NCBI GenBank assembly: GCA_016182655.1
Contig: JACPGB010000024.1
Span: 30,549-94,548 of the forward strand
Direction: 5' to 3'
Length of the DNA: 64,000 nucleotides
DNA from: Deltaproteobacteria bacterium
GTDB lineage: Bacteria; Desulfobacterota; GWC2-55-46
Every line of letters starts with the position of its first letter. Position 1 is the first letter of the stretch. The position numbers were made by a program, and so were the translations under genes. The notes beneath the pieces were generated by a model. The model saw nothing but the letters and a program-made list of their open reading frames with translations, was not told the DNA's origin and did not search any database. Shown one piece after another: positions 10,301-19,595 of this stretch.

Positions 10301-10376
10301 TGGTCCCCCTGCCGGGATTCAAACCCGGAACACAGCGTTTAGTAGGCGCGCGCTCTATTCATTGAGCTACAGGGGG
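10301..10376 (-). tRNA. tRNA-like gene, probably a degenerate tRNA pseudogene
   Basis: 76 nt on the minus strand with a perfect 7-bp acceptor stem (CCCCCTG/CAGGGGG), discriminator A plus CCA, D-stem GCTC/GAGC and T-arm CCGGG-TTTGAAT-CCCGG. The anticodon stem has only 3 Watson-Crick pairs (loop CTACTAA, anticodon ACT), the D-loop lacks GG, and C56 is T. Confidence 0.5.
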
Positions 10377-10422
10377 TAAGTATCAGAAGAAGGCTCTGCC
10401 TGCCAGCAGGGCCTTCTTCTTT

Positions 10423-11130
10423 TTATCCCTTCTTGCGGCTATCCATAAGCTCCTTAAATCCGTCAAACCATTTTGCCTTCACTTCATCTGGCCAAACAGG
10501 ATCAAATTCCGGGAATTTTGCTAACAAGAGCTGTTCCCAAGTTTGAGTGGCTACCTGACTCGATAATGGCTGACTTTCATATGGTTGCGGCGGTGGTGTC
10601 GAAGGTAGCTCAGATTTTGCCTTCGAATTTCTTTCCAAACCGCTCCGTTTGGGCGCACTACGCACGCTTGTTGCCTTTACTTTAATGTGCGGTGACAGCT
10701 CGACCCCCGCCTCCTTGGAAATTGCAACAAAAAAGGCTATGCACTTGCGAACAGTTCCTCCTGTAATGCCTCCAGCATTCTCGAATAGCTCTTGTAAGTG
10801 CTTAGAGGTTATACGCGTGAGGTCAATGTCATTCTCAAACAAAAATGGATACGCTGTTTTGACAATATCGTGAAGATTTTTTACTCTACTCGGCCCCTCG
10901 GAATTAACCAAGTTTTTTAATCCCTCCGTCGGAATTCCATTTGGAGAAATTAAGCCAAGGTATTTAAGCGTAGATAAAAGCTGTGCCTGCGCCGCTCCTG
11001 AAAATGAGCCCATAAGGCTTCGGTCAATACGCGATGGCACGCCCACCTTCAACCTTTCAATAAAATTAGAAAAGGTTTTATAAGGTAAGTACGGTGGGAT
11101 AGATTTTTTTTCTTCTCCGGCTTCTGTCAT
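10423..11130 (-). CDS. Hypothetical protein in the low-GC islet (possibly DUF5343-like)
   Basis: The ORF track gives 10423-11214, but a GGAGGG Shine-Dalgarno sits 6 nt upstream of the ATG at 11130 (MTEAGEEKKSIPPYLPYKTF...). GC is lower than the flanks. No recognisable catalytic motif. Confidence 0.55.
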   Translation of the reverse strand: MTEAGEEKKSIPPYLPYKTFSNFIERLKVGVPSRIDRSLMGSFSGAAQAQLLSTLKYLGLISPNGIPTEGLKNLVNSEGPSRVKNLHDIVKTAYPFLFENDIDLTRITSKHLQELFENAGGITGGTVRKCIAFFVAISKEAGVELSPHIKVKATSVRSAPKRSGLERNSKAKSELPSTPPPQPYESQPLSSQVATQTWEQLLLAKFPEFDPVWPDEVKAKWFDGFKELMDSRKKG

Positions 11131-11150
11131 GGCAACCCTCCGCTCTGTGG

Positions 11151-11200
11151 AATGTCTCATTCCTATTCCATTCCTATTCCATTCCATCTTACTCATTCCA
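11151..11200. repeat. Simple tandem repeat (TATTCCATTCC)n directly upstream of the 10423-11130 gene
   Basis: CATTCC TATTCC ATTCC TATTCC ATTCC ... ATTCC read directly from the sequence; it lies in the promoter and 5' leader of the gene. Confidence 0.6.
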
Positions 11201-11291
11201 CATACCCGAGTCAAGGGGAAATTATCCCGAGTCCGATTTTTTTTGAAAATGCAATTTAATTCTTATAAAATATAAGAAAAACGAGGTTTAT

Positions 11292-11501
11292 ATGAAGGGT
11301 TATCTTGTTATTCTTAGGGATTTTGGAGGGGAACCGATATTAATGCGTATATGGGATTATGATTAGAGCGCTGTTTATGTTACCAAAGTTTCTATTGAAA
11401 ATAAGGGGAATGTGCTCGTATCAATCGGTTTTCCATATGATGATGTATTTAGACATGAACCAGAATTGGCTAAAACAATAGAACAAAAAAAATGGGATTG
11501 A
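11292..11501 (+). pseudogene. Small ORF interrupted by an in-frame amber codon (MKGYLVILRDFGGEPILMRIWDYD*SAVYVTKVSIENKGNVLVSIGFPYDDVFRHEPELAKTIEQKKWD)
   Basis: Both halves are in one frame, split by TAG at 11364-11366. Lies in the AT-rich islet. Function unknown. Confidence 0.25.
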
Positions 11502-11772
11502 GGAAAATTGACTCGATTAGCGTTTTAAGTTTTCTTTCCCCATCTTGTTTTAGCCGCTTTTTGAGCGATTTCTTTACGCTTTTTTGCAGATAGCTTCTCA
11601 GCACGTTGCCGCCCTTTAGTCCTCCCAATCTCCCCAAGGCCACGGCGGCAGGATTCTTTTCTGGCTTACCCTCAGTAGTGTTTTTTTTCTCTTCAGGCTC
11701 TTCTTTTGTAGCTTCTGAGACTATAAAGGAGGCGAGCTTGTTTATATCTGTGATTTTCTTTTTCTTGTCCAT
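11470..11772 (-). pseudogene. Small lysine-rich protein, apparently frameshifted
   Basis: The annotated frame reads ...AAVALGRLGGLKGGNVLRSYLQ.... A +1 shift after GLKGG reads RAEKLSAKKRKEIAQKAAKTRWGKKT*, which restores a conserved C-terminal motif and ends near 11535. Confidence 0.4.
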
Positions 11773-11853
11773 GCTTCAAGTATAGAATAACCGCTCAAGC
11801 AAGGAAAATAGAAAGGAAATTCAAAATGACCCACTACCGTCCGGCGAGGACCC

Positions 11854-13023
11854 TTGCCATCCCCTGTCCTTCTGTCTTATAATCCTGAAGATATGTCCAG
11901 TGTCTCCATAACAAGATGCGCCTCCTACGAAACCCAGGAGGCATACAGGGCCATAAAGGAATCGATAGACCTTTTGGGCGGCATGGAGAGGTTCGTCTCA
12001 AGGGGCGAGCGCATACTACTTAAACCCAACCTCCTTGCCGGAAAGCCGCCCGAGACCGCCGTTACGACGCACCCCGAGGTCGTCCGGGCGATCATAAGGC
12101 TTGTGAAAGAGGCGGGCGGCGTACCTATCGTAGGCGATAGCCCCGGGCTCGGAACAGCGTTGAAGGTCGCGGACAAATGCGGCGTGGCCTCCGTATGCAG
12201 GGAAGAGGGTGTTGAGCTTATAGACCTTAAGACCCTGGTCGTCGCCGAGAACCCCGGCGGCCTCACGTTCAAGCGGCTCGAGGTGGCTAAAGAGGCGCTC
12301 GATTGCGACGGCATCATAAACATCCCGAAGCTCAAGACCCACGCCCAGATGTTCCTTACTTTAGGCGTCAAGAACCTCTTCGGGTGCGTACCGGGGAAAT
12401 TGAAACCCCAGTGGCACTTATCCGCGGGTGTGGAGAGCTCTCACTTTGCCGCGATGCTCCTCGACCTCTACTCGTTCCTGAAACCCAGGCTTACAGTGAT
12501 GGACGGCATAGTCGGCATGGAGGGCAACGGCCCCGGCGCTGGCGACCCGAGGGAAATAGGGCTTGTGTTCGCAAGCGCGGACGCCGTTGCGCTCGATACC
12601 GTCGCGACAATAGTCCTCGGGGCCGATCCGCATGACCTCCCCCTCCTCAAGGCCGCCTCGATAAGGGGGCTTAAGACCGATATTAACGGGATAGAGGTGC
12701 TCGGCGAAGAGGTATCAAACGTCAAGGTCCACGGGTTCAAGCTCCCGCCGCTCGTATCGCTCAATTTCGCCGACAGGCTCCCGTACTTTCTGGACAAGAG
12801 GCTCAGGCGCGCGCTCACCTCGCGCCCGTCCGTCGAGCGGGCGAAATGCACGCTCTGCAATATCTGCGTACAGGTCTGCCCCGCCGAGGTAATGGCAAAG
12901 ACCGACGGGATATCAATAGACTACGACAGGTGCATCAGGTGCTACTGTTGCCAGGAGATGTGCCCCGAGGGGGCGATCTCCCCGGTCGACGGGTGGCTTA
13001 AGCGCATCATCCCGGGGTTTTAG
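11854..13023 (+). CDS. DUF362 domain protein with C-terminal 2x[4Fe-4S] ferredoxin domain
   Basis: C-terminus has CTLCNICVQVCP and CIRCYCCQEMCP cluster motifs. The N-terminal ~300 aa is DUF362-like. Start may be the ATG at 11893. Confidence 0.7.
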   Translation: MPSPVLLSYNPEDMSSVSITRCASYETQEAYRAIKESIDLLGGMERFVSRGERILLKPNLLAGKPPETAVTTHPEVVRAIIRLVKEAGGVPIVGDSPGLGTALKVADKCGVASVCREEGVELIDLKTLVVAENPGGLTFKRLEVAKEALDCDGIINIPKLKTHAQMFLTLGVKNLFGCVPGKLKPQWHLSAGVESSHFAAMLLDLYSFLKPRLTVMDGIVGMEGNGPGAGDPREIGLVFASADAVALDTVATIVLGADPHDLPLLKAASIRGLKTDINGIEVLGEEVSNVKVHGFKLPPLVSLNFADRLPYFLDKRLRRALTSRPSVERAKCTLCNICVQVCPAEVMAKTDGISIDYDRCIRCYCCQEMCPEGAISPVDGWLKRIIPGF

Positions 13024-13129
13024 GCCTTCTCTCGATTCAGGTTGCGCGGCGGTTTTTTCTGCTATATACTCGAATGATTCATGAGGTTAATCGAGGCCTT
13101 CACTGCAAATCCACGACAAGAGCATCAAT

Positions 13130-13822
13130 ATGAAAGGTAAAAAGTCCTGCTTCGTAAAACTGCGGCGCGTTGTCCCGCTCTCATCCCTGTTATTATCGAC
13201 CACCCTTGCGCTTACGGCGGTTGCGGCGGTTGCCGAGAAAGACACGCTTAAGGTCCCTATCGTCTCCTCCCCTAAAGGGCCCCAGGGCTGGAAGCTCAAG
13301 GAATGGAAGGGCAAGGCCGACTTTGAGGTCGTCGAGACCGAGGCGAGCACGGCTTTTCACTTGAAGAGCGCGTCGACCTCCACGGCCCTCTATAAAGAGG
13401 TCAAGTTCGATATAAGGGACTACCCGGTTCTCAACTGGAGCTGGAAGGCCGTGGAGCTCCCGGCAGGCGGGGACGTCCGAAGGAAGTCCGCCGACGACCA
13501 GGCCGCGCAGGTATATGTCGTCTTCCCGAAGTGGCCCGCGCCCGTGAACAGCAGGGTCATCGGCTACATTTGGGACACGAGCGCGCCGGCGGGGGTGTCT
13601 ATCCCGTCCACAAAATCGTCGTACACCAAGTACGTCGTCGTAAGGAGCGGAAACAGCGGCCTCAACAAGTGGCTCACGGAAAAGAGGGACGTCTACCAGG
13701 ACTACAAAAGGCTCTTCAAGGAAGACCCTCCGAAGGTCGGCTCCGTATCCGTGATGATAGACTCGGACGACACAAAGACCTCCGCTGAATCATTCGTCGG
13801 CAACATCTATTTTTCGAAGTAA
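13130..13822 (+). CDS. Secreted protein of unknown function (DUF3047-like, tentative)
   Basis: Signal peptide then a ~200-aa domain. The family assignment is from memory only. Confidence 0.5.
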   Translation: MKGKKSCFVKLRRVVPLSSLLLSTTLALTAVAAVAEKDTLKVPIVSSPKGPQGWKLKEWKGKADFEVVETEASTAFHLKSASTSTALYKEVKFDIRDYPVLNWSWKAVELPAGGDVRRKSADDQAAQVYVVFPKWPAPVNSRVIGYIWDTSAPAGVSIPSTKSSYTKYVVVRSGNSGLNKWLTEKRDVYQDYKRLFKEDPPKVGSVSVMIDSDDTKTSAESFVGNIYFSK

Positions 13823-13908
13823 CCCCGCCTTCCTCCGTCCAATTTCTGGTATGCTGAAGAACAGGATTCTGAAACGTTTCGGACCAATCTGACCGACCCG
13901 GAGCGCCG

Positions 13909-16900
13909 GTGACAAAGGACGACCTTACCAAAAAGAGGCGCAAATACGCATATATATTCGCGGCGGTCCTCGTGCCCCTCGTCGCGGGGGTGACCTACCT
14001 CGCCTCAACGACCGTAGACCTTACGCGCTACAAGGCCCGCATCATACCCATTCTCTCATCCAGGGTCGAAGGCACGGTCTCGTTCGACACCATATCGATA
14101 AAGTTCCTACCCTCGCCGGATATCAGGTTGACGAACCTCAAGGCCTCGGGGGCCGAAGGAGAACTCATCTCGGCCCGCTCTTTAAGGCTCCACGCCGCGC
14201 TCCTGCCGTTCCTTTCAGGCAAGACGGTCTTTAAGGACGTCGAGGCCGACGGCATGGCCCTCTTCGTAAAGAGGTATCCGAACGGAGACCTGAATATCAG
14301 GAGGTTCTTCAGGATAGAAGAGGTTAAAAAAGAGGAAGGCAAGGAGATACGGGTAGAGCGAGAGACTAAAGGAAAGGTAAGGGAAAAGAAGCTCGCTATA
14401 CAGTCCCTGAGGATAGCCGACGGGTTCGTGAAATACGTCGACGAGAAGCCCTCAAGACCCGCAACTTTCGAGTTCTCGTCCATAAACGCTTCCTCATACG
14501 ATACGGGCCAAGGGGTCGTCTACCAGGCCGTGGCCGACCTTAACGGCTCTCCGGTATCCATCTCAGGGGTCGAGAAAGGCGGTATCGTGAAATGGGCGGG
14601 TACGGTAAAAGGCCTCCCACTATCCGTCGTTGACCCTTACTTAGCAAAAAACCATGTATCCCTCACCGGCAACGGCGACATCTTCATCTCCTACGATTCA
14701 GGGCTCGTAAACCCGATAAACGCGATAGTATTCGCGAACGGCTTGAAGATATCCCACCCAAAGCTCGCTTCCCCTTTATCCGTCACGAGGGCGTCGGCCA
14801 AGGTCGAGGTCTCTTCCGGGAACGGCAGGAGGAATATATTCGTAAGGGACGCGCTTTTCAAGGTCGCGTCCTCTTTCGTCAAGGGCTCGTACAGCGTCTC
14901 TGGTGCCGCGGATGAGCGGGAGTTCTCTCTGGAGGCCGCAACCACCCCCGTAAGGTTTGACTACCTCAAGTCCATCGTCCCTTCAAAGGCCTTGAAGGGA
15001 GGGGCCGAGCGCGCGTTCAACGACCTCTCCCCCGCGAATGGGACTATAACCGTCCGAGAGCTGACGGCGCGCGGCCTCACCAGCGAGCTTAAGGGCGGGA
15101 AGGCCTTCAAAAAGCCGGGGGCCGTGACACTGTCGGCCTCGATCGACGGCCTCGCCTTTATGTATAAGGGGCTCAAGCACCCGGTATCCGGCGTATACGG
15201 CTCGGTCATTGTAAGGAACAACGCGCTCAAGCTCGAAGGCTTTCGCGGGAGCTACGGGAAAGAGACGCTAAGGGACTTTGAGGGTTTCGTAAAGGACCTG
15301 ACCGGCAAGATGGAGTACGAGTTCTCTCTGGACGCGGGATTGGACGCGGGGGAGTCGATAGAGCTCGCAAAAGACCTCGTAAAGTCGCCGAAGGCGCAAG
15401 ACGCGCTCGGGAAACTTGAGGCAGGGGGCGCGATAGACCTTGACGCGAAGGCATGGGGGTCTTTCAGATCAAAGGCCCCTCCGAGGTACTCGGGCGCCCT
15501 CGCCTTCCGGGACGGCTGGCTCTCCTACGAGGGCGCGCCGCGCATAAGTGAAGCGAGCGCGTCGATTGCTTTCGACGATAAAAAAGCGGATATCGAATCG
15601 ATGTACTTTAGCGACGGCCTCTCTTCCCTCAAGCTCACCGGCTCTGTCGAGGACTACAGCGGAGGCGACCCCTTCGTCGACCTCGCGCTTTCCGCCGTCG
15701 TCTCGGGCGGGACTATCGACAATGCCCCGGCGCTCGAAAAAATAAGACAAGACCTCTTTATAAAGGGAGAGGCCGCGCTCGATGCAAATATTATCGGACG
15801 CAAGGGCTCGTTCCTTGCCAAGGCCTCGCTCGACACCCTCCATGCCGGGATAGAGTACAAAAAATACCTGCGTAAAGAAGAAGACTACCCGCTCGCGATA
15901 GACGCCGAAATCTCATTCGAAGGGAAGATGCTCGGCATTAAAGGCCTCTCCCTCGCCTTCGGGTCGTCCCGTGCCGATGTGTCGGGGAAGACGTCCCTGG
16001 ACATGAAGGATTACGAGCTCTCAATGCTGTCAAGGGACTTGAAGATAGCGGACCTCGACGACGTCTCGCCGCTTTTAGATAAGGACTTCGAAAGCTCGGG
16101 CCTCCTCTCCTTCATGATAAAGGCGACAAAGGCCGCGGGGAAGGAAAGGCCGGTAATAGAGGGTGACATAAGGGTCGAGGACGCGCGGTTCCAGTCGCCG
16201 TACATCGCGAAACCCGTCGAAAAGATAAAGGCCTCGGCATTTTTCAAGGGGAACAAGGGGAAGGTCTTTCTCGACAAGCTCGTCGTGGGAGAGACAGAGC
16301 TATCCGGCTACATGGAAGTCCCGGACATAGAGGGCAGGAGGGTAGATTTCACGCTCGACTCCCCGCGCCTGCTCACAACCGACTTCATCGTAAAGAAAAA
16401 AAAGGATGCGGACGAAGATGAAAAGCCCGAAGCGCCTAAGGAGGAGAAGGCGATCGAGCCGCTCCCTGTAACCGGCTCGGGCAGGATCAGGATAGCCGAG
16501 GGCGCGCTTGGGAACCACCCGTTCACCGACCTGAAGATGGATATAAGGCTCGAGCCCGAGGCGATAGTCGTCGAGCCGTTCGCCGCCGAAATTGACTATG
16601 GCTCCATATTCGGCAAGGCCGAGTTTCTGCGCGGCAAGGACGAGCCGCTCTCGTTCAGGGCCGACGCCGAGTTCTCCAAGATAAAGCTCGAAAGGCTCAT
16701 CTCGGGCTTCGGCGCCAAAAAAACAGTCCTCTCCGGCGACCTCAAGGGCGCGATAGCGCTTACCGGCAAACGGGGCGCCCATCCCTTCGCAAGCGGACTT
16801 AACGGCTCAGGTAAGCTCAAGGCCGACAGGGGCCGCCTCTGGAAGTTCCCGTTCCTCTCAAGCATATTCTCGGTCGTGAACATACTCTCAATAGACGAGG

Positions 16901-17289
16901 CCTTCAGGGAAGGGCTCCAGTACAAGACGCTCGGCGGCGACTTCAAGATGAAGGACGGGGTGCTCACTACCGAGAACCTCGCGCTCGACAGCGACACGCT
17001 CCGGATGTCGGCGGCTGGAGATATAGACGTACCTGACAGGCACATCGACGCCTTGCTTGCACTCCACCCTTTTGTTACCATAGACAAGATAATCTCCTCC
17101 ATACCGCTCGCGGGCTGGATAATCACGGGCAAGGACAAGTCGACCGTCTCGATGTACTTCGCGGTGGAGGGGCCGCTTAAAAAACCGGACGTAGACCCGG
17201 TGCCGATAAAGAGCATCAGCGACCCGGTCCTGGGCATCCTCGAAAGGCTCATCGAGGCGCCGGGAGAAATAATCCAGGAGATAAAGTAG
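13909..17289 (+). CDS. AsmA-family / YhdP-like large envelope protein (1126 aa)
   Basis: N-terminal TM anchor plus an AsmA-like N-domain, a long predicted beta-rich body and an AsmA-like C-terminal region. GTG start. Confidence 0.7.
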   Translation: MTKDDLTKKRRKYAYIFAAVLVPLVAGVTYLASTTVDLTRYKARIIPILSSRVEGTVSFDTISIKFLPSPDIRLTNLKASGAEGELISARSLRLHAALLPFLSGKTVFKDVEADGMALFVKRYPNGDLNIRRFFRIEEVKKEEGKEIRVERETKGKVREKKLAIQSLRIADGFVKYVDEKPSRPATFEFSSINASSYDTGQGVVYQAVADLNGSPVSISGVEKGGIVKWAGTVKGLPLSVVDPYLAKNHVSLTGNGDIFISYDSGLVNPINAIVFANGLKISHPKLASPLSVTRASAKVEVSSGNGRRNIFVRDALFKVASSFVKGSYSVSGAADEREFSLEAATTPVRFDYLKSIVPSKALKGGAERAFNDLSPANGTITVRELTARGLTSELKGGKAFKKPGAVTLSASIDGLAFMYKGLKHPVSGVYGSVIVRNNALKLEGFRGSYGKETLRDFEGFVKDLTGKMEYEFSLDAGLDAGESIELAKDLVKSPKAQDALGKLEAGGAIDLDAKAWGSFRSKAPPRYSGALAFRDGWLSYEGAPRISEASASIAFDDKKADIESMYFSDGLSSLKLTGSVEDYSGGDPFVDLALSAVVSGGTIDNAPALEKIRQDLFIKGEAALDANIIGRKGSFLAKASLDTLHAGIEYKKYLRKEEDYPLAIDAEISFEGKMLGIKGLSLAFGSSRADVSGKTSLDMKDYELSMLSRDLKIADLDDVSPLLDKDFESSGLLSFMIKATKAAGKERPVIEGDIRVEDARFQSPYIAKPVEKIKASAFFKGNKGKVFLDKLVVGETELSGYMEVPDIEGRRVDFTLDSPRLLTTDFIVKKKKDADEDEKPEAPKEEKAIEPLPVTGSGRIRIAEGALGNHPFTDLKMDIRLEPEAIVVEPFAAEIDYGSIFGKAEFLRGKDEPLSFRADAEFSKIKLERLISGFGAKKTVLSGDLKGAIALTGKRGAHPFASGLNGSGKLKADRGRLWKFPFLSSIFSVVNILSIDEAFREGLQYKTLGGDFKMKDGVLTTENLALDSDTLRMSAAGDIDVPDRHIDALLALHPFVTIDKIISSIPLAGWIITGKDKSTVSMYFAVEGPLKKPDVDPVPIKSISDPVLGILERLIEAPGEIIQEIK

Positions 17290-18042
17290 ATGTGCGAGGG
17301 AAAGGGCTACTGGAACAGGCTCAAGGCCGAATGGTACAGGAGGGGGCTCGACTACTCGACTCTGCCTGAAGTCGCGCTATCCTTCATCCTGCCGAGGACG
17401 GAAGACTCTAAGACCTTCCTCGACGTCGGCTCCGGATGCGGGACGCTCTCCTTGCCGCTCGCAAGGGCCGGAAAAAAAGTGACGGCCCTCGACCCCTCGA
17501 AGGCGATGATAGAGATACTGGAGCGCGACGCCAGGGATGCGGGGCTTAAAGTAAACACGATTATTGCGCCCTGGAATGAGGCCTCTTTAAAGCCCCACGA
17601 CGCGATCATATGCGCCAATGTGCCGCAGTTGCTGAAAGAGCCGAGGAAGTTTATAGAGGAGGCCGTGCCGCTTGCGAAAAAGGCCGTATTCTTGATCGAG
17701 AACGCGGACCCTAAGGCGGACAAGTTCTACTACAGGGAATTGTACCCGCTCCTCTTCGGGAAGCCCTTCGGCGAGAGGACCGATTACATAAAGACATATA
17801 ACACCCTGCACGATATGTCCATCTTCGCCAATGTCGAGATAATCGACTACGACTTCGACCAGCCCTTCATCGATATCGACGAGGCCGTCTCGTTCTGGAA
17901 GGAGTACATAGGCATTGTGACGGAGGAGCACGACGGGAAGCTCCGTGGTTTTTTGGAGAAGAAGCTCGTGAAGAAGAAGGGCATGCTCTTCGCCAAATTC
18001 CATAAGAAGTCGGCAATCACGTGGTGGAGGAAGGAGAAGTAA
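17290..18042 (+). CDS. Class I SAM-dependent methyltransferase
   Basis: Motif I FLDVGSGCGTLSLPLA and the conserved acidic residue ALDPS. Start abuts the AsmA stop. Confidence 0.7.
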   Translation: MCEGKGYWNRLKAEWYRRGLDYSTLPEVALSFILPRTEDSKTFLDVGSGCGTLSLPLARAGKKVTALDPSKAMIEILERDARDAGLKVNTIIAPWNEASLKPHDAIICANVPQLLKEPRKFIEEAVPLAKKAVFLIENADPKADKFYYRELYPLLFGKPFGERTDYIKTYNTLHDMSIFANVEIIDYDFDQPFIDIDEAVSFWKEYIGIVTEEHDGKLRGFLEKKLVKKKGMLFAKFHKKSAITWWRKEK

Positions 18043-18167
18043 AAGGAGGTAAGCTCCGCCCACCGCAAACTGTCATTCCCGCGTGCTTCAAGCGGGAATC
18101 CAGTTTCAGTATTTTCCTTCTTGGTGGAAGAGAAGGGTGAAGACATTTTCGTGGTGATGAAAAGAAA

Positions 18168-18266
18168 TACGACCTCCCCAGCCCCTCCTTGGTAAGGAGG
18201 GGACCAGAAACATATGCGAGGTTTTATCTCCTCCCCTTAACAAGGGGAGGCTGGGAGGGGTCGTAT
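18168..18266. repeat. Palindromic GC-rich repeat, family 2, copy 1
   Basis: ATACGACCTCCCC...CCCCTCCTTGGTAAGGAGGGG...CTCCTCCCCTTAACAAGGGGAGG...GGGAGGGGTCGTAT. A second copy lies at 46541-46625. Confidence 0.75.
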
Positions 18267-18431
18267 TAATCGTCTCTTTGATTCCGCGCAGGTTGAGCTG
18301 AGCGCAGCGAAGCCCAACAATCAAGACCATACCGAAGTGCACAAGACATTTTTGCGCGCTCGCCTCGCCCTCCATTAGGCGCTCTCCGCCATGCGCCCGT
18401 GTGTTTGTTAAAACAGGACTAAAAAACTTTT

Positions 18432-19550
18432 TTGTTCCTCAACTCTTCGAATTTGAATATGGCCAGCTCAGAACACAAATCAGCAAAAAAATATCAAAGG
18501 GTCTACGAGCTCGACCTCCTCCGCCTCTTTGCCGCGGCCTCGGTCATGCTCTACCATTATACATTCAGGGGCTTCGCCGCGGACAGCATGAGCGTCCTTG
18601 CGTTTCCCGCGCTCGGCGAGGTCTTCAGGTATGGATATCTCGGGGTCGGACTCTTTTTCATGATAAGCGGGTTCGTAATAATCCATACGCTTGAAGGGAA
18701 GGACGCCCGCTCTCTCATAGCCTCGCGCGCCGCGCGCCTCTATCCGGCGTACTGGGCTGGGGTCACTCTCACGGCCGTTGTAACGGTCCTTATCGGCGGG
18801 TCCATATACAAGGTGTCCGCCGGCCAGTACCTCGCGAACCTCACTATGTTGAACGGCCTTTTCGGGGTCGAGCACATAGACGGTGTCTACTGGTCGCTCC
18901 TCGTGGAGCTTAAATTCTATTTCCTCATTTTTCTCTTGATGGTCTTCGGGCAGGCAAAAAGGATAGGGCTTTTTGTAGGCCTCTGGGCGCTCGCGGCATT
19001 CGCAATCACGGTCTACGGCTCTCCATTCCTGGTAAAGGCACTGCTCTTTCCCAAGTGGGCCCCTTACTTCATCGCGGGCGCGGCCTTCTGCCTCATGCGC
19101 CGCGAGGGGGCGGGGGCGTACTGGTTGGTTGTAGTCGCCATCGCCTATGTCACGGCGATAACGAACGAGCTGAGGAAAATCCCTTCTATCGAGCAACACT
19201 ACGGCGCGGTCTTCTCGGAGCCCGCCATAATCGCCGTTGTCACATCCTTCTTCTTGATATTCACGGCTATCGCGCTTCGAAAGTCTTCGTGGGCTGGCGC
19301 AAAGGGGCTCGTAAAGCTCGGCGCTCTCACCTATCCGCTCTACCTCATACACGAGAACATCGGATTCATGGCGTTTAACGCCCTCGCCCCGTACCTGAAT
19401 AAATATATCATCCTCGCCTCGGCCATCGCGGTCATGTGGCTTGCGGCCTATCTTACAAACAGGTATGTGGAGGAGCGGCTCGGAGGGCGTTTGAAGCGCG
19501 CCGTCGTATCTGTCCTTTCGGTCGGGAGGAGAACGGCGGCGAGGGACTGA
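18432..19550 (+). CDS. Acyltransferase family 3 (OafA/YrhL-like) membrane protein
   Basis: About ten TM helices. N-terminal LDLLRLFAA...LYHY...GVGLFFMISGFVI is typical of acyltransferase-3. Start probably the ATG at 18459. Confidence 0.8.
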   Translation: MFLNSSNLNMASSEHKSAKKYQRVYELDLLRLFAAASVMLYHYTFRGFAADSMSVLAFPALGEVFRYGYLGVGLFFMISGFVIIHTLEGKDARSLIASRAARLYPAYWAGVTLTAVVTVLIGGSIYKVSAGQYLANLTMLNGLFGVEHIDGVYWSLLVELKFYFLIFLLMVFGQAKRIGLFVGLWALAAFAITVYGSPFLVKALLFPKWAPYFIAGAAFCLMRREGAGAYWLVVVAIAYVTAITNELRKIPSIEQHYGAVFSEPAIIAVVTSFFLIFTAIALRKSSWAGAKGLVKLGALTYPLYLIHENIGFMAFNALAPYLNKYIILASAIAVMWLAAYLTNRYVEERLGGRLKRAVVSVLSVGRRTAARD

Positions 19551-19562
19551 GGGATTCTTGTA

Positions 19563-19589
19563 GGTTGGGTTAGCGAAGCGTAACCCAAC
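19563..19589. terminator. Hairpin GGTTGGGTTAGCGAAGCGTAACCCAACA between convergent genes
   Basis: 9-bp stem with a 7-nt loop, lying between the acyltransferase (+) and ccsA (-) genes. Confidence 0.5.
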
Positions 19590-19595
19590 AAAACC

